Positions 49,869-59,985 of a stretch of 64,000 nucleotides of DNA are shown here, piece after piece (position 1 is the first letter of the stretch; each line of letters begins with the position of its first letter). Source of the DNA: an uncultured Fidelibacterota bacterium (lineage in GTDB: Bacteria > Fidelibacterota > Marinisomatia > Marinisomatales > UBA8229). The notes beneath the pieces were generated by a model. That model was given only the letters and a program-made list of their open reading frames with translations. It ran no database searches and was not told the DNA's origin. The DNA lies in the NCBI GenBank assembly GCA_913054425.1, contig CAJXJG010000001.1:9339-73338 (forward strand). The letters run 5' to 3'. The position numbers and the translations under genes were made by a program.

Positions 49869-50246
49869 TTACCTTAATGGAATTATGTGGCCGAGAACAT
49901 ATCCAATAACTATTCCGGTTAAGAGAGCAACAGTAAGCACCCTTGAGCTGGCGACCTCTTTTGTGTATCCCTTTTTTATGGCTAATAAAGATACAAAATA
50001 TCCCAAAGCGTTTAATATCCAGAAGAATGGGATTGTAAATACTTTTACGATGAAAGGGCCGATCCAGGGAATTAGAGCAATAAGGGCTCCCAATCCGGAA
50101 AACACCTGAGTGAACAAACCGAGGAGAAGGGTAAAAAAGACAACAGCCTTTTCATCAATCCCCATTTTGAGTGCAATAATAATACCGAAAAGGAGAATTG
50201 CCCAGATTAGAAAATGATTCTTATTTCTTTTTAGAAAATCATTCAA
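49869..50246 (-). CDS. hypothetical small integral membrane protein (3-4 TM)
   Basis: 125 aa, strongly hydrophobic segments. Overlaps the upstream ORF by 8 nt. No recognisable motif. Confidence 0.5.
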   Translation of the reverse strand: MNDFLKRNKNHFLIWAILLFGIIIALKMGIDEKAVVFFTLLLGLFTQVFSGLGALIALIPWIGPFIVKVFTIPFFWILNALGYFVSLLAIKKGYTKEVASSRVLTVALLTGIVIGYVLGHIIPLR

Positions 50247-50982
50247 GATTAATGATTGCTTTCATAGTTAATCTAGACATCTGAACTGATGCCTGAATAA
50301 TTTTTCTTTCACCAGACTTTTCTACCCACAGTTGTTTTATAAGATTAGACTGGGTAATATTTTCGCTAAAATAATCGGTTTGATCAAGTATTTTTATTTT
50401 ATTTTCAGTTGAGTCAATATCCAACCGATAATGATCACAAAGGATGGAGTCGTTTCCTGCCCAAACATTAATGGAGTCAGCCCAAAGAAGCCGAGCCTTA
50501 AACAGTCCTCCCTCGTGTTCCATCGGGTACCATATTGTATCAAGCTTATCAGCTTTTTGCTTGCTTACTCTGGTTAAAATGGTAAAGATTGTTTGACAGT
50601 CGCCAGGCCGCATCACAAGAGATTTGTCATAGAGAATTCCCTTTTGTTCCGGTATCCACACCCCCTTGAGTTTTTGTTTGAACTCTCCCTGATGAATTTT
50701 CTTTTCATAGGAACGGATTCCGTAGGTTACTGTATCAAAAGTGGTTTTGTATTGGTTGTCAAATGGCCAGAGATAGTTCATTAATCCGATAGATTTTGTT
50801 GTGATTTGAATTGATTCGTGATTGTTCTTTTCAAAATGTATCTCTCCAATTTTAATGCCCCAGACAGTCAGGTTGTACATTTGTCCTGGAAGGAAAGACA
50901 AAATAAACATCCAGGGGATATAATTAATTGCTGCTGTTTTAAGTTGGTTTCTGTAAAAAAGTGATTTTTTCGTAAGAAGCAT
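50239..50982 (-). CDS. hypothetical protein with N-terminal hydrophobic anchor (possibly DUF3108-like)
   Basis: 247 aa. Begins 1 nt after the GT2 stop. The beta-rich pattern gives only weak resemblance to DUF3108. Confidence 0.45.
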   Translation of the reverse strand: MLLTKKSLFYRNQLKTAAINYIPWMFILSFLPGQMYNLTVWGIKIGEIHFEKNNHESIQITTKSIGLMNYLWPFDNQYKTTFDTVTYGIRSYEKKIHQGEFKQKLKGVWIPEQKGILYDKSLVMRPGDCQTIFTILTRVSKQKADKLDTIWYPMEHEGGLFKARLLWADSINVWAGNDSILCDHYRLDIDSTENKIKILDQTDYFSENITQSNLIKQLWVEKSGERKIIQASVQMSRLTMKAIINLE

Positions 50983-50983
50983 T

Positions 50984-52090
50984 TTAAGTTTTCCAGCGAA
51001 ATTTCCCTATCAGTCCGGAAAAACCAATAAACGGGATATAGACAGGTTGAAAAAGCGACCAAACGATGAATGTTGAGATCTTTATCGGAGTGTTGAATTT
51101 TGTGCTTCCTGCTTGAATTACAAGACCATCGAAAAAAGTTTTTCCACCCCAAAAAATTGGAAAATAATACAATATGGGAGTAAAAAAAAATCCAAGCAAT
51201 AAAGACAGGTTACAGAGAAAAGCGGAAAAGAGAAAAAAGAGAAAAAAAGTGTTTTGTTTTGCTAACGTGCGAGCGTTAGAGGCCCAGCGAATTCTTTGAT
51301 TTAAATACTGTTTTACTGATAACACAGGAGATGTTTTGACAAAACCTTCCGGTGAAGTGTTGAAAATAACCCCGTGTTTTTTCGAAATGGACTGTACTAA
51401 ATACATATCATCGCCAGAAACCTGATTGGAAACAGGAGTAAAACCACTAATCATATCAAAAGCAGATCGACGAAAAGCAAGGTTTTGTCCGGAGCCCGAC
51501 CAGGCATTTTCCCATCCTAGGGAGCCGGCATTTGCAGACATGAGCGCTAAGAAATCCAGCGCTTGATAATGGCATAAAAATGATTTCTGGGACCGGTCTA
51601 TTGCAGAATATCCCACCACAATCCCGGTACTTTTTTTAAATGAAGAAACCATACTTGATATCCATGTTTTCGATACGAAACAATCAGCATCGGTGGATAT
51701 AATTATTTCTCCAGACGAAAGATCAATTGCCCTAGAGAGAGCATGTTTTTTAGGAGACATCTTTTTTGACTGCTCAGTTATTTTAATGCCCGAAAAGTGG
51801 GGAAACCGATTGGAGTAGTTTGTAATACATTCCCATGTTTTGTCTGTTGATCTGTCATCTGCTATGATAATTTCTAATTTATCAACGGGATAATCTTGTT
51901 TTACCAGCGTTGAGAGGAGCCTTGGCAGAAGGAACTCTTCATTTCTTGCTGCTACAATCACAGATACAGGAGGATAATGTTTACGGATATTTTGATTTGG
52001 TTTTAGGCGTTTTAATCCTATCCAGAAATAAAGTGTAAAGCAAATATAAAGGCTTAAGCTGGAAACAAGAACAATTAAGAGAAAAATCAT
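50984..52090 (-). CDS. membrane-embedded family 2 glycosyltransferase with processive-type QxxRW motif
   Basis: N-terminal TM. VSVIVAARNEE, IIADDRSTD, TDADC, SGDD and QRIRW motifs. C-terminal TM helices. 368 aa. Confidence 0.85.
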   Translation of the reverse strand: MIFLLIVLVSSLSLYICFTLYFWIGLKRLKPNQNIRKHYPPVSVIVAARNEEFLLPRLLSTLVKQDYPVDKLEIIIADDRSTDKTWECITNYSNRFPHFSGIKITEQSKKMSPKKHALSRAIDLSSGEIIISTDADCFVSKTWISSMVSSFKKSTGIVVGYSAIDRSQKSFLCHYQALDFLALMSANAGSLGWENAWSGSGQNLAFRRSAFDMISGFTPVSNQVSGDDMYLVQSISKKHGVIFNTSPEGFVKTSPVLSVKQYLNQRIRWASNARTLAKQNTFFLFFLFSAFLCNLSLLLGFFFTPILYYFPIFWGGKTFFDGLVIQAGSTKFNTPIKISTFIVWSLFQPVYIPFIGFSGLIGKFRWKT

Positions 52091-53460
52091 CCGCTGGGAA
52101 TAAGAGCAGAAGCTATCAGGAAATAAAGAGTAACACCTATAATGTCAATGCTGGTTGTGACAAAGGGACCCGTAGCAATTGCAGGATCAATAGTCAGCTT
52201 TCGGAAAAGAAGAGGCACAAGCGTACCTACAAAGGTAGAGATGATCATTGATGATAATATGCTCAATGAGATTATAAGTCCTAAATAAGGTGTTGTGTTG
52301 ACAAATTTTAGAGTCGCAAAAACCCCCAATAACAGTCCATATAAAATCCCAAGGATGAGACCGACCTTAATTTCTTTTAAGATGATTTTTAGGTTATTGC
52401 CAATATCAACACGCCCAGTAGCTAGGCCTCGAACAATAATTGTGGATGATTGGATTCCAATATTACCACCCATGCCAATAATAACCGGAATGAATGCTGC
52501 GAGGGCAACGGTGGTTTCAAGCATGTTTTTGAAAACACCAATTATAGCTACAGCAGCTACTCCACCGATACAACTCGCAAAAAGCCATGGGAGCCTTGAG
52601 CGGGCATTTCCCCAGGCAGATTTTAGAAGTATTTCCCGGTCTTTTCCAGCGCCTGCCATTTGGAGAAAATCTTCTGTTGCCTCTTCTCTGATTACATCCA
52701 CCACGTCGTCTACCGTAACGATTCCAAGCATATGGTCTTCTAAGTCAATAACAGGTACTGCCAGGTAATTGTACCGAGAAACTATTTTTGCCACCTCTTC
52801 CTGGTCTGTTTCTGGCTGGACAGAAACGACATTTTTTGTCATGATGTTGCCTAGTGTTTTTTCAGGATGAGCAATTACAAGATCCCGGAGTGATATAACA
52901 CCGACAAGACAGTCGTCGTTGTCAGTTACATAAAGATAAAAAACCATTTCGGCTTCTTCTTGATCTTGGAGGCTTTGAATAGCGTCCCGGGCAATTATGT
53001 TTTCATGGAGGGTAAATACATCTGTGGACATCAGGCCCCCGGCGCTGTCTTCTGGATAACCCATAATCTCTTCCACTTCTTTCTTTTCTTCTTTCTGAAG
53101 CAGTTCAAGAACGGCATTCGTCATTTGTTCAGATAAAAGATTTAGAATATCAGCCTGATCATTTGAACCTAGTTCATGAAAGATAGTTGCTATTCTCTCA
53201 GGATCTTCATTCTCAAGAATTTTAACAAGAATTGCTTCATCTAATTCTGTTAAAAATTCTGCAGTGTGTTCTTCTTCTCTCATGAGATCAAACAGAGTTT
53301 TTTGCTCAACATCAGTAAAATACCGGAAGAGTACCGCTAAATCTGCAGGGTGTGTTTTCTGTATAATTTTTGTCAGATTTGTGTGGGCGTGTCGGCGGAG
53401 CAGCCGGCGGAAGGTGTTCCTAAGGACGGAAATTTCATGGCTGAACATTTCTTTTTTCAT
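52087..53460 (-). CDS. mgtE: magnesium transporter MgtE
   Basis: MgtE N-domain, tandem CBS region and a C-terminal 5-TM domain with the GNIGIQSSTI and ATGPFVTT blocks. 4-nt overlaps on both sides. Confidence 0.93.
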   Translation of the reverse strand: MKKEMFSHEISVLRNTFRRLLRRHAHTNLTKIIQKTHPADLAVLFRYFTDVEQKTLFDLMREEEHTAEFLTELDEAILVKILENEDPERIATIFHELGSNDQADILNLLSEQMTNAVLELLQKEEKKEVEEIMGYPEDSAGGLMSTDVFTLHENIIARDAIQSLQDQEEAEMVFYLYVTDNDDCLVGVISLRDLVIAHPEKTLGNIMTKNVVSVQPETDQEEVAKIVSRYNYLAVPVIDLEDHMLGIVTVDDVVDVIREEATEDFLQMAGAGKDREILLKSAWGNARSRLPWLFASCIGGVAAVAIIGVFKNMLETTVALAAFIPVIIGMGGNIGIQSSTIIVRGLATGRVDIGNNLKIILKEIKVGLILGILYGLLLGVFATLKFVNTTPYLGLIISLSILSSMIISTFVGTLVPLLFRKLTIDPAIATGPFVTTSIDIIGVTLYFLIASALIPSG

Positions 53461-54260
53461 GATAGGATCTCCAAATGAGTGTGTAATCGTTTAAATCCAA
53501 TAATTATTAGCCCTACTGCTGCCGCTAACAGCAGGGGGGAAACGTGGCCATTCCAGGAATAAATTTTTTCTATTGATGGTGTAGTATTGTTTAGCAACAG
53601 AGCGAAGCTGTTGTTTAATCCATGAAGAATAAAACTAGGAATAATAGATCCCGTTCGCCATGCAAGATATCCCAAGAGAACGCCCATAAAATAAATCTGA
53701 ATTATCCAGTAAGGGTTCATATGAATGAAGGCAAAGAAAATACTGGTTATTAGAATAGCTTTTGTGACATCTTTCCAGGATTCTTCCAAAAATTTTTGGA
53801 GAAAACCACGAAATATAAGTTCTTCGGTCAATGGAGCAAGAATCGAAATGGTGAACAGAAGAAAAACCGCTGACCAGATAGAATCAAATCTTAGCATATT
53901 TGCCAGTTGATCAAAAGAGTCTGGCTGTGGCAGTATCAGGTTTGTTAGACGATCAATTTCATCTGAAATTACAATAATGCCGACAGATAAAAGAATAGTT
54001 GCAGATAGAACAGTTGTTGGTACCGACTGAAGACGGAATCTGTTCGCAAATGATTCTTTTCTAAAATAGAGAAAAACCAGGAGAGGAATAATCATGAAAC
54101 CCTGCCCAAGGAAAATAGACAGCAGTGAAAGCGTACGCGTGTTTTCTTCAGGTAAAAATGTGGAGCTAAAGAAAAAAGGAAAAGATCCGGCCAGTATCGC
54201 GATCAGGACAGAGACGAGTACAATGCCGAAAGCGGTTTTGACAGTAAGGGTCTGGTTCAT
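53457..54260 (-). CDS. CPBP family intramembrane glutamic endopeptidase (CAAX protease-like)
   Basis: Multi-TM, with the EELIFRGF, FAFIHMN and HGLNN motifs. Confidence 0.85.
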   Translation of the reverse strand: MNQTLTVKTAFGIVLVSVLIAILAGSFPFFFSSTFLPEENTRTLSLLSIFLGQGFMIIPLLVFLYFRKESFANRFRLQSVPTTVLSATILLSVGIIVISDEIDRLTNLILPQPDSFDQLANMLRFDSIWSAVFLLFTISILAPLTEELIFRGFLQKFLEESWKDVTKAILITSIFFAFIHMNPYWIIQIYFMGVLLGYLAWRTGSIIPSFILHGLNNSFALLLNNTTPSIEKIYSWNGHVSPLLLAAAVGLIIIGFKRLHTHLEILS

Positions 54261-54347
54261 GTGGGTCTGATTCCTTATTTTTCATAGCACACGAAATTAC
54301 GTTTTTTATAAGAACAAGGAAAGAAGTTAGGTTTCCCTTCCTATTCT

Positions 54348-55109
54348 TTAAAGGGAAGTTATTTGGTGAAGTATGATTCCGCCGGCTATTGCTACATTTA
54401 GCGAATCTCCCATACCAATTTTTGGAATGGAAACGGTACAATCTAGTAGCGGGATATTTCTTAATGAAATACCATCCGCTTCGTTTCCCAGCACTAACAC
54501 CCAGGGCATTGAGTTTGAGAGTGTTATGTTGCTAAGGGGGGTACCGTTTTGATCTGCCCCAACGGCAGTATATTTGTGTGTTTTATATTCAGATAAATCC
54601 ATGTTTTGATAGATGGAAAGATGAAAATGCGACCCCATGCCGCCGCGAACAACTTTTTGGTTGTACGGATCAATACAGCCCGGGGAAAAAGCAACATGGG
54701 TAACATGAAACCATGCCGCCGTCCTGAGGAGAGTGCCTAGATTCCCAGGGTCACGGATGCAATCTAAATAGAGCCAATTTACCCTTTTTGAGAGATCGGG
54801 GGAGTCTTGTTTTGGCAAGGAACACGTGGCAATAATGCCCGGTGGAGTTACTGTACCAGAAAGTTTTTTCATTATTGATTCTTGAACAGTTGTCAGAACG
54901 TAATTTGTCTTTTGAAGGGTTTGGAGAAAACGGACGTGTTTGGGATGTTGTGCAAATGAATCCGTCATATAAATCTGCAGATTTGGTGTTGTACTTTTCA
55001 CGGCCTCAGTAATGGGACGTAAACCCTCTATGATAAATTGCTCATATTGTTTACGGTATTTTTTCTTTGACAGGGAACGGATTTGTTTTATTTCAGTCTT
55101 AGTTATCAT
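54348..55109 (-). CDS. SpoU/TrmH-family RNA 2'-O-methyltransferase (RlmB-like)
   Basis: N-terminal substrate-binding-like domain. SPOUT motifs DPGNLGTLLRTA, LVLGNEADGIS and LNVAIAGGIILH. Confidence 0.85.
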   Translation of the reverse strand: MITKTEIKQIRSLSKKKYRKQYEQFIIEGLRPITEAVKSTTPNLQIYMTDSFAQHPKHVRFLQTLQKTNYVLTTVQESIMKKLSGTVTPPGIIATCSLPKQDSPDLSKRVNWLYLDCIRDPGNLGTLLRTAAWFHVTHVAFSPGCIDPYNQKVVRGGMGSHFHLSIYQNMDLSEYKTHKYTAVGADQNGTPLSNITLSNSMPWVLVLGNEADGISLRNIPLLDCTVSIPKIGMGDSLNVAIAGGIILHQITSL

Positions 55110-56674
55110 TCAGCGTACACCACCTTTCCGTTAACAATTGTGAATAATACTTTTGTATGTAAGATATCTTCTGGTGGAATAGATGTCAGGTTATTTGAAA
55201 GAACAGTAAAGTGTGCATGAAACCCGGATTTTATTTTTCCTCTTGTGTTTTCTGTAAAAGCGGCGTAGGCAGGCCATTCAGTGTACATAAGAATTGCCTG
55301 TTCAATGGTAAGCCGCTCATGTCTTCTCCAGCCGCCAGCGGGGTGTCCGGAGTTATCCTTCCGGGTGACGGCAGCGTAAATCCCGGAGAGCGGATCTGGG
55401 GATTCAACCGGGGCATCCGAACCTCCAGCAATAATGGTTCCTGATGTGAGAAGAGACTGCCAATTATATGCTTTATGTAAACGATCTGTCCCTAGTCGTT
55501 TATTAATCCAATGCATATCGCTGGTGCAGTGGGCTGGTTGCATGGAAGGAATAACTCCAATCTCAGCAAAACGTTTAATATCATTTGGATGAAGAATTTG
55601 AGCATGTTCAATACGATTACGTAATTTTCTCTCTCCCACGGTTTCAAAAATATGAAGACCAATTCGGTTGGCACGATCGCCAATACAATGGATACTGACT
55701 TGGAATCCCGCACCATTAAATTTTTTGACTTTATTGATGGCTTGTTGTGTATTAAGTAATATAATTCCGGTATTCTCAGGATCATCATAGTAGGGGCGCA
55801 GAAGAGCCGCCCCCCTTGAGCCAAGAGCGCCATCCAGAAATAGTTTTATGGTTCTTATAGTGAGATAGCCATTGTCATCAAAAAACGGTCCAGATGTTAA
55901 GTAGCTGTCATAGACCCTATGATCATCGTTTAACATGGCGTAAATACAAATGTTAAGTTGTTTTTCAGAAATGATATCCTTTAGAATTTCAATTGTTTCA
56001 AGATCAGTTCCAGCATCGTGGACAAAGGTAATTCCCAGACGGTTTAGCAGGGAAATGGCCATGAGTAGCATTCTTTTTTTAGCTGCTCTGGAATATTTTG
56101 GAATGAATCGACTGACCAATTCCATTGCACTGTCAATTAAAATGCCAGTGGGTTCTCCATAATTGTCCCGGAGTATTTTTCCCCCATCCGGATCTTTTGT
56201 GTCCTTTGTAATATTTGCAATTGTTAATGCTCTAGAATTAACCCAGGCAGTGTGCCCATCTATCCGCTTGAGGTAAATGGGAATATTAGGGGAGACAGCA
56301 TCAAGCATCTCTTTAGTGGGATAACCAGTGTCTGCCCAATTGTTTTGGTCCCATCCCCACCCTTGAAACCACTGTTCTTTGCTGACTTTTTTTATTTTTT
56401 GAACCACTTTTTCAATAATTTTCTCCAAGCTGATAATGTTATTTAGGCATAGAGTTTCCAGGGACACTCCAAGCCCAAGGAGATGTATGTGTGAATCTGT
56501 GAAACCGGGATAGACTATACCACCCCTTAAATCAATCGTTTCATCACCGCTTATTTCGTCGGAAAGACCAATTGTTTTGATAGTTCCTTCTCTGCAAAGG
56601 ATGGCATCAGCTTTTGGGTGTCCGCCGATAGTACAGTTGATAAATCGGGTTGATTTTCTAAAGGGTGTTATCAT
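55106..56674 (-). CDS. amidohydrolase family protein (YtcJ-like, Amidohydro_3)
   Basis: 522 aa. Metal-binding GFTDSHIHLLG, IHCIGD, EHAQ and the GGSDAPVE blocks. Confidence 0.8.
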   Translation of the reverse strand: MITPFRKSTRFINCTIGGHPKADAILCREGTIKTIGLSDEISGDETIDLRGGIVYPGFTDSHIHLLGLGVSLETLCLNNIISLEKIIEKVVQKIKKVSKEQWFQGWGWDQNNWADTGYPTKEMLDAVSPNIPIYLKRIDGHTAWVNSRALTIANITKDTKDPDGGKILRDNYGEPTGILIDSAMELVSRFIPKYSRAAKKRMLLMAISLLNRLGITFVHDAGTDLETIEILKDIISEKQLNICIYAMLNDDHRVYDSYLTSGPFFDDNGYLTIRTIKLFLDGALGSRGAALLRPYYDDPENTGIILLNTQQAINKVKKFNGAGFQVSIHCIGDRANRIGLHIFETVGERKLRNRIEHAQILHPNDIKRFAEIGVIPSMQPAHCTSDMHWINKRLGTDRLHKAYNWQSLLTSGTIIAGGSDAPVESPDPLSGIYAAVTRKDNSGHPAGGWRRHERLTIEQAILMYTEWPAYAAFTENTRGKIKSGFHAHFTVLSNNLTSIPPEDILHTKVLFTIVNGKVVYAE

Positions 56675-56881
56675 AAAATCTTGTTATAAGTTGAGCAATA
56701 CTCCGTGTGTTTTTGGTAATTCTTAAAAGAAAATAGGAAAAATCATGAGAATAAAAAAACAAGGAAGGTCTTAAAACGTTTTTATTGAATGCTCCGGTCA
56801 TCCCCGGTAATTTCTATTCAAGTCTTTATTCAAATTATAATAGAGAAATCAACCAGATTAAATTGTTAAAAAATCAGGATT

Positions 56882-58351
56882 ATGTCTAAGGGTATTACGC
56901 CGCAGAGCCAAAATTATGCTTCCTGGTATACTGATGTGGTCAAGCAGGCCGGGCTTGCAGATTATGGTCCTGTGAAGGGTACTATGGTTATCAGGCCGTA
57001 CGGTTTTATTCTCTGGGAGAACATTAAGGAACCTTTGGATCGTATGATTAAAGAGACTGGACATGTCAATGCATATTTCCCGCTGTTGATCCCCAAGTCT
57101 TTTTTTTCCAAGGAGGCAGAACATATTAAGGGCTTTGCAAAAGAGTGTGCAGTGGTAACTCACACGAGGCTTAAAATTGATGATGAGGGCGAAATTATTG
57201 TTGATCCAGAATCAAAACTTGAAGAAGAAGTAATAATACGACCGACCTCTGAAACCGTCATTTGGTCTATGTACAAAAAATGGATTCAATCCTACCGTGA
57301 TCTTCCGGTACTTATTAATCAATGGGTAAATATAGTAAGGTGGGAAATGAGAACGCGCCTTTTCTTGAGAACCTCTGAATTTTTATGGCAGGAAGGACAC
57401 ACTGCCCATGCCACGGCGGAGGAGGCTGAGGAAGAAACCTTGAAGATCCTTGGATTATATAAGAAACTGGCAGAAGAATTTCTCGCAATCCCGGTTTTAA
57501 CAGGATTGAAATCAGAATCGGAAAAGTTTGCTGGGGCAGAACAGACCTATTGTATAGAAGCTATGATGAGGGATAAGAGAGCGCTTCAGGCTGGCACATC
57601 TCATAACTTAGGGCAAAATTTTTCTCGAGCTTTTAATGTTACCTTTCAAAATAGAGACAACCAAGAAGAGCTGGTTTTTGCTACCAGCTGGGGTGTGAGT
57701 ACCCGTCTTGTTGGGGCTGTAATTATGGCCCATGGTGATGATAAAGGTTTACGCCTGCCTCCGAAAATTGCTCCATACCAAGTTGTGATGGTTCCTATTT
57801 CCCGGGATGAAAGTGGGTGTTTAAAAGTGCGAAAATTTATTTCTCCTGTTTTAGATGAAATGAGAGCCAAGGGTGTTCGTATCTATGAAGACTGGAGCGA
57901 TAATACCCCAGGATTTAAATTTAATGAATGGGAGATGAAAGGTGTTCCCCTCCGGCTTGAAGTGGGCCCAAGGGATATCGAGGGTGGGAAAGCAGTTCTT
58001 GTTCGCCGTGACACAGGCGAAAAGATAATCCTTGAAAAAAACGTATTAACAGAACAAATTCCCTTATTACTTGAAGAAATTCAGAAAGGGTTGTTTGATC
58101 AGGCGCTGGCATTTAGACAAAAGAACACCCACACGGTTTCGTCTTATAGTAACTTTAAGGATATTATTGAAAATAAAGGCGGTTTTATTCGCTGTGGATG
58201 GGATGGAACACAGAAAACAGAAATGAAAATAAAAGAGGATACAAAAGCAACAATCCGCTGTATTTTATATAAAGAGGACCCCAGTGAAATGAGGTGTGTT
58301 TATTCCGGGAATTCTGCAAAACATGTTGTTATCTATGGGAAAGCGTATTAA
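56882..58351 (+). CDS. proS: prolyl-tRNA synthetase, archaeal/eukaryote-like type
   Basis: 489 aa with no bacterial INS editing insertion. Class II motifs (IRPTSET, FLRTSEFLWQEGHTAH, GTSHNLGQNF) and a C-terminal zinc-domain tail ending in Y. Confidence 0.92.
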   Translation: MSKGITPQSQNYASWYTDVVKQAGLADYGPVKGTMVIRPYGFILWENIKEPLDRMIKETGHVNAYFPLLIPKSFFSKEAEHIKGFAKECAVVTHTRLKIDDEGEIIVDPESKLEEEVIIRPTSETVIWSMYKKWIQSYRDLPVLINQWVNIVRWEMRTRLFLRTSEFLWQEGHTAHATAEEAEEETLKILGLYKKLAEEFLAIPVLTGLKSESEKFAGAEQTYCIEAMMRDKRALQAGTSHNLGQNFSRAFNVTFQNRDNQEELVFATSWGVSTRLVGAVIMAHGDDKGLRLPPKIAPYQVVMVPISRDESGCLKVRKFISPVLDEMRAKGVRIYEDWSDNTPGFKFNEWEMKGVPLRLEVGPRDIEGGKAVLVRRDTGEKIILEKNVLTEQIPLLLEEIQKGLFDQALAFRQKNTHTVSSYSNFKDIIENKGGFIRCGWDGTQKTEMKIKEDTKATIRCILYKEDPSEMRCVYSGNSAKHVVIYGKAY

Positions 58352-58437
58352 CACGATCCATAATTTATTTAATCAAAGTTAAAAAAACCTTTCAAAAATT
58401 TATGGTTTTTATTTTTACTAATAAATCCTGAAATATA

Positions 58438-59124
58438 ATGATCGTTCATTCCCGTGCTATTGTTCTTAAAAGTTTTTCCTATAGTAACACAAGCATTATT
58501 GCAAGGTGCCTTACGAGAGAGAAGGGAAAGATCAGTGTTATTATTCATGGGGCAAAGAAAAAAAATTCGCAAAAAGCTGCATATTTTCAACCTGCTAATT
58601 ATCTTGATTTAGTGCTTTATTTTAAAGAAACAAGAGAGATTCAAACAGTATCAAAGGTTTCTTTTGTCCAAACATGGTCACATTTGCAAAATGACCTAAA
58701 AAAAATTGCTTATGTGCTTTCCGTAATAGAATTGACTGACAAAACAGTTATAGACCATGATCCGCATAAGGAATTATTTGATGAGCTGGTGAATGTAATC
58801 CGGCTGTTTAATATTGGAGATAATCGGTTTAACCTGGTGTTTTGGTCTTTTGAATTAAAGCTATTGTCTCTCCTCGGCTTTAAACCAGACTTTAAGAAAA
58901 GGGATTTCGCAGGCATTATTTTTCCTAATCCATTTGCAGGTCCAAACAGTCGGGCGTTATTGAATGGACTTCAGAATAGTTCTCCGGATTCATTGAAAGA
59001 CATTCCAATTACTAAAAAGGACAGAGCTGTGATTAGTGAGTATTTAACCACTTGTTTTCAGTATCATTTTGAAGGATTAAAGAAACTAAAGTCATTTGAA
59101 GTCTTGAGGAAAGTTCTCGTATGA
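58438..59124 (+). CDS. recO: DNA repair protein RecO
   Basis: 228 aa. OB-fold N-terminus (RAIVLKSFSYSNTSIIARCLTREKGKISVIIHGAKK) typical of RecO. Confidence 0.8.
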   Translation: MIVHSRAIVLKSFSYSNTSIIARCLTREKGKISVIIHGAKKKNSQKAAYFQPANYLDLVLYFKETREIQTVSKVSFVQTWSHLQNDLKKIAYVLSVIELTDKTVIDHDPHKELFDELVNVIRLFNIGDNRFNLVFWSFELKLLSLLGFKPDFKKRDFAGIIFPNPFAGPNSRALLNGLQNSSPDSLKDIPITKKDRAVISEYLTTCFQYHFEGLKKLKSFEVLRKVLV

Positions 59125-59984
59125 CGGAGAAAAATAAAATTTATAAAGGGATATTAACCCAAATGGGAAAAAAAACTTTTTTGCAGGGAAAGCGCGAGGA
59201 TATTTATTTCGAAAATGAAAAGATATGGAGCGGGTATCTGGATCACTGGAAAGGTCAATCAGTTTACGGACGGCTTCTTCCACAACGGGATTATGAGGAC
59301 AACCTTCCAATTGTTATCATGTGGCCGAATGTCCCCGAGACCGAGACACCCTTTGTAGAGCTTTATTATAATGAACGATTGGTAAAGTACTGGTATTCCA
59401 GCTTAGGGCATAATGCTATTAATGTAAATGGACAAATTTTCAATTATTCTCATTTATTGAATGAGAATGAAATTATGTCTGCAGAGGAATATTTTTTTCG
59501 TCCTGCGATAGGTGAGTTTGCCCCTTCTCCAAATAACGACGCATTTGAGGTGTTGGACAATGGGCAGGTTTATTACGATAAATTTGGACGAAATTTTATG
59601 AGGACTATTCACGTGGTACGGGTTGAGGGTATTGATACCGATCACCTTTCACAAGTATATTGTCGAGAGTTGGATCTCATTCGTTCTGCAAAATCAAATC
59701 CGAAGAAACCGGAAAAATATCGTGGTTTTAATATGTTTACCCGGAGTTGCAGCACAATTATAAGGGACGGTTTAAATGAAATTGGGTTAACAAAGATTAA
59801 AGGGGTTTTCCCTTTTGACCTTTTTGTAAGTGCTGCACACCATTTTTTAAAAACAGAAGGATTAAATACAAGCATTTATAAAAAACATCAACTACGGGTT
59901 CCGGAAGCTCCCCCTAGCGCCATGACACCCCTGTTAAACCTTCGGAACCGATTTAGACAGAAACAGTTGCATTACGAGAATTGA
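59121..59984 (+). CDS. hypothetical protein with His...Cys dyad suggestive of a permuted papain-like (PPPDE/YiiX-like) hydrolase
   Basis: ATGA overlap with recO. LGHNAINVNGQIFNYS and FTRSCSTIIRDGL resemble the His and Cys blocks of permuted papain-fold families. This assignment is weak. Confidence 0.5.
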   Translation: MTEKNKIYKGILTQMGKKTFLQGKREDIYFENEKIWSGYLDHWKGQSVYGRLLPQRDYEDNLPIVIMWPNVPETETPFVELYYNERLVKYWYSSLGHNAINVNGQIFNYSHLLNENEIMSAEEYFFRPAIGEFAPSPNNDAFEVLDNGQVYYDKFGRNFMRTIHVVRVEGIDTDHLSQVYCRELDLIRSAKSNPKKPEKYRGFNMFTRSCSTIIRDGLNEIGLTKIKGVFPFDLFVSAAHHFLKTEGLNTSIYKKHQLRVPEAPPSAMTPLLNLRNRFRQKQLHYEN

Positions 59985-59985
59985 T

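Noticed and set aside
52295-52768. 157-aa plus-strand ORF antisense to mgtE
   Set aside because: It overlaps the MgtE TM domain, and its hydrophobic, Pro/Thr/Ser/Ile-rich translation is a mirror artefact.
56675-56881. Divergent - to + strand switch between the amidohydrolase and proS as an alternative replication origin
   Set aside because: I saw only one weak DnaA-box-like 9-mer (TTATTCAAA). There are no replication genes and no long AT-rich unwinding region. It is an ordinary divergent promoter region.
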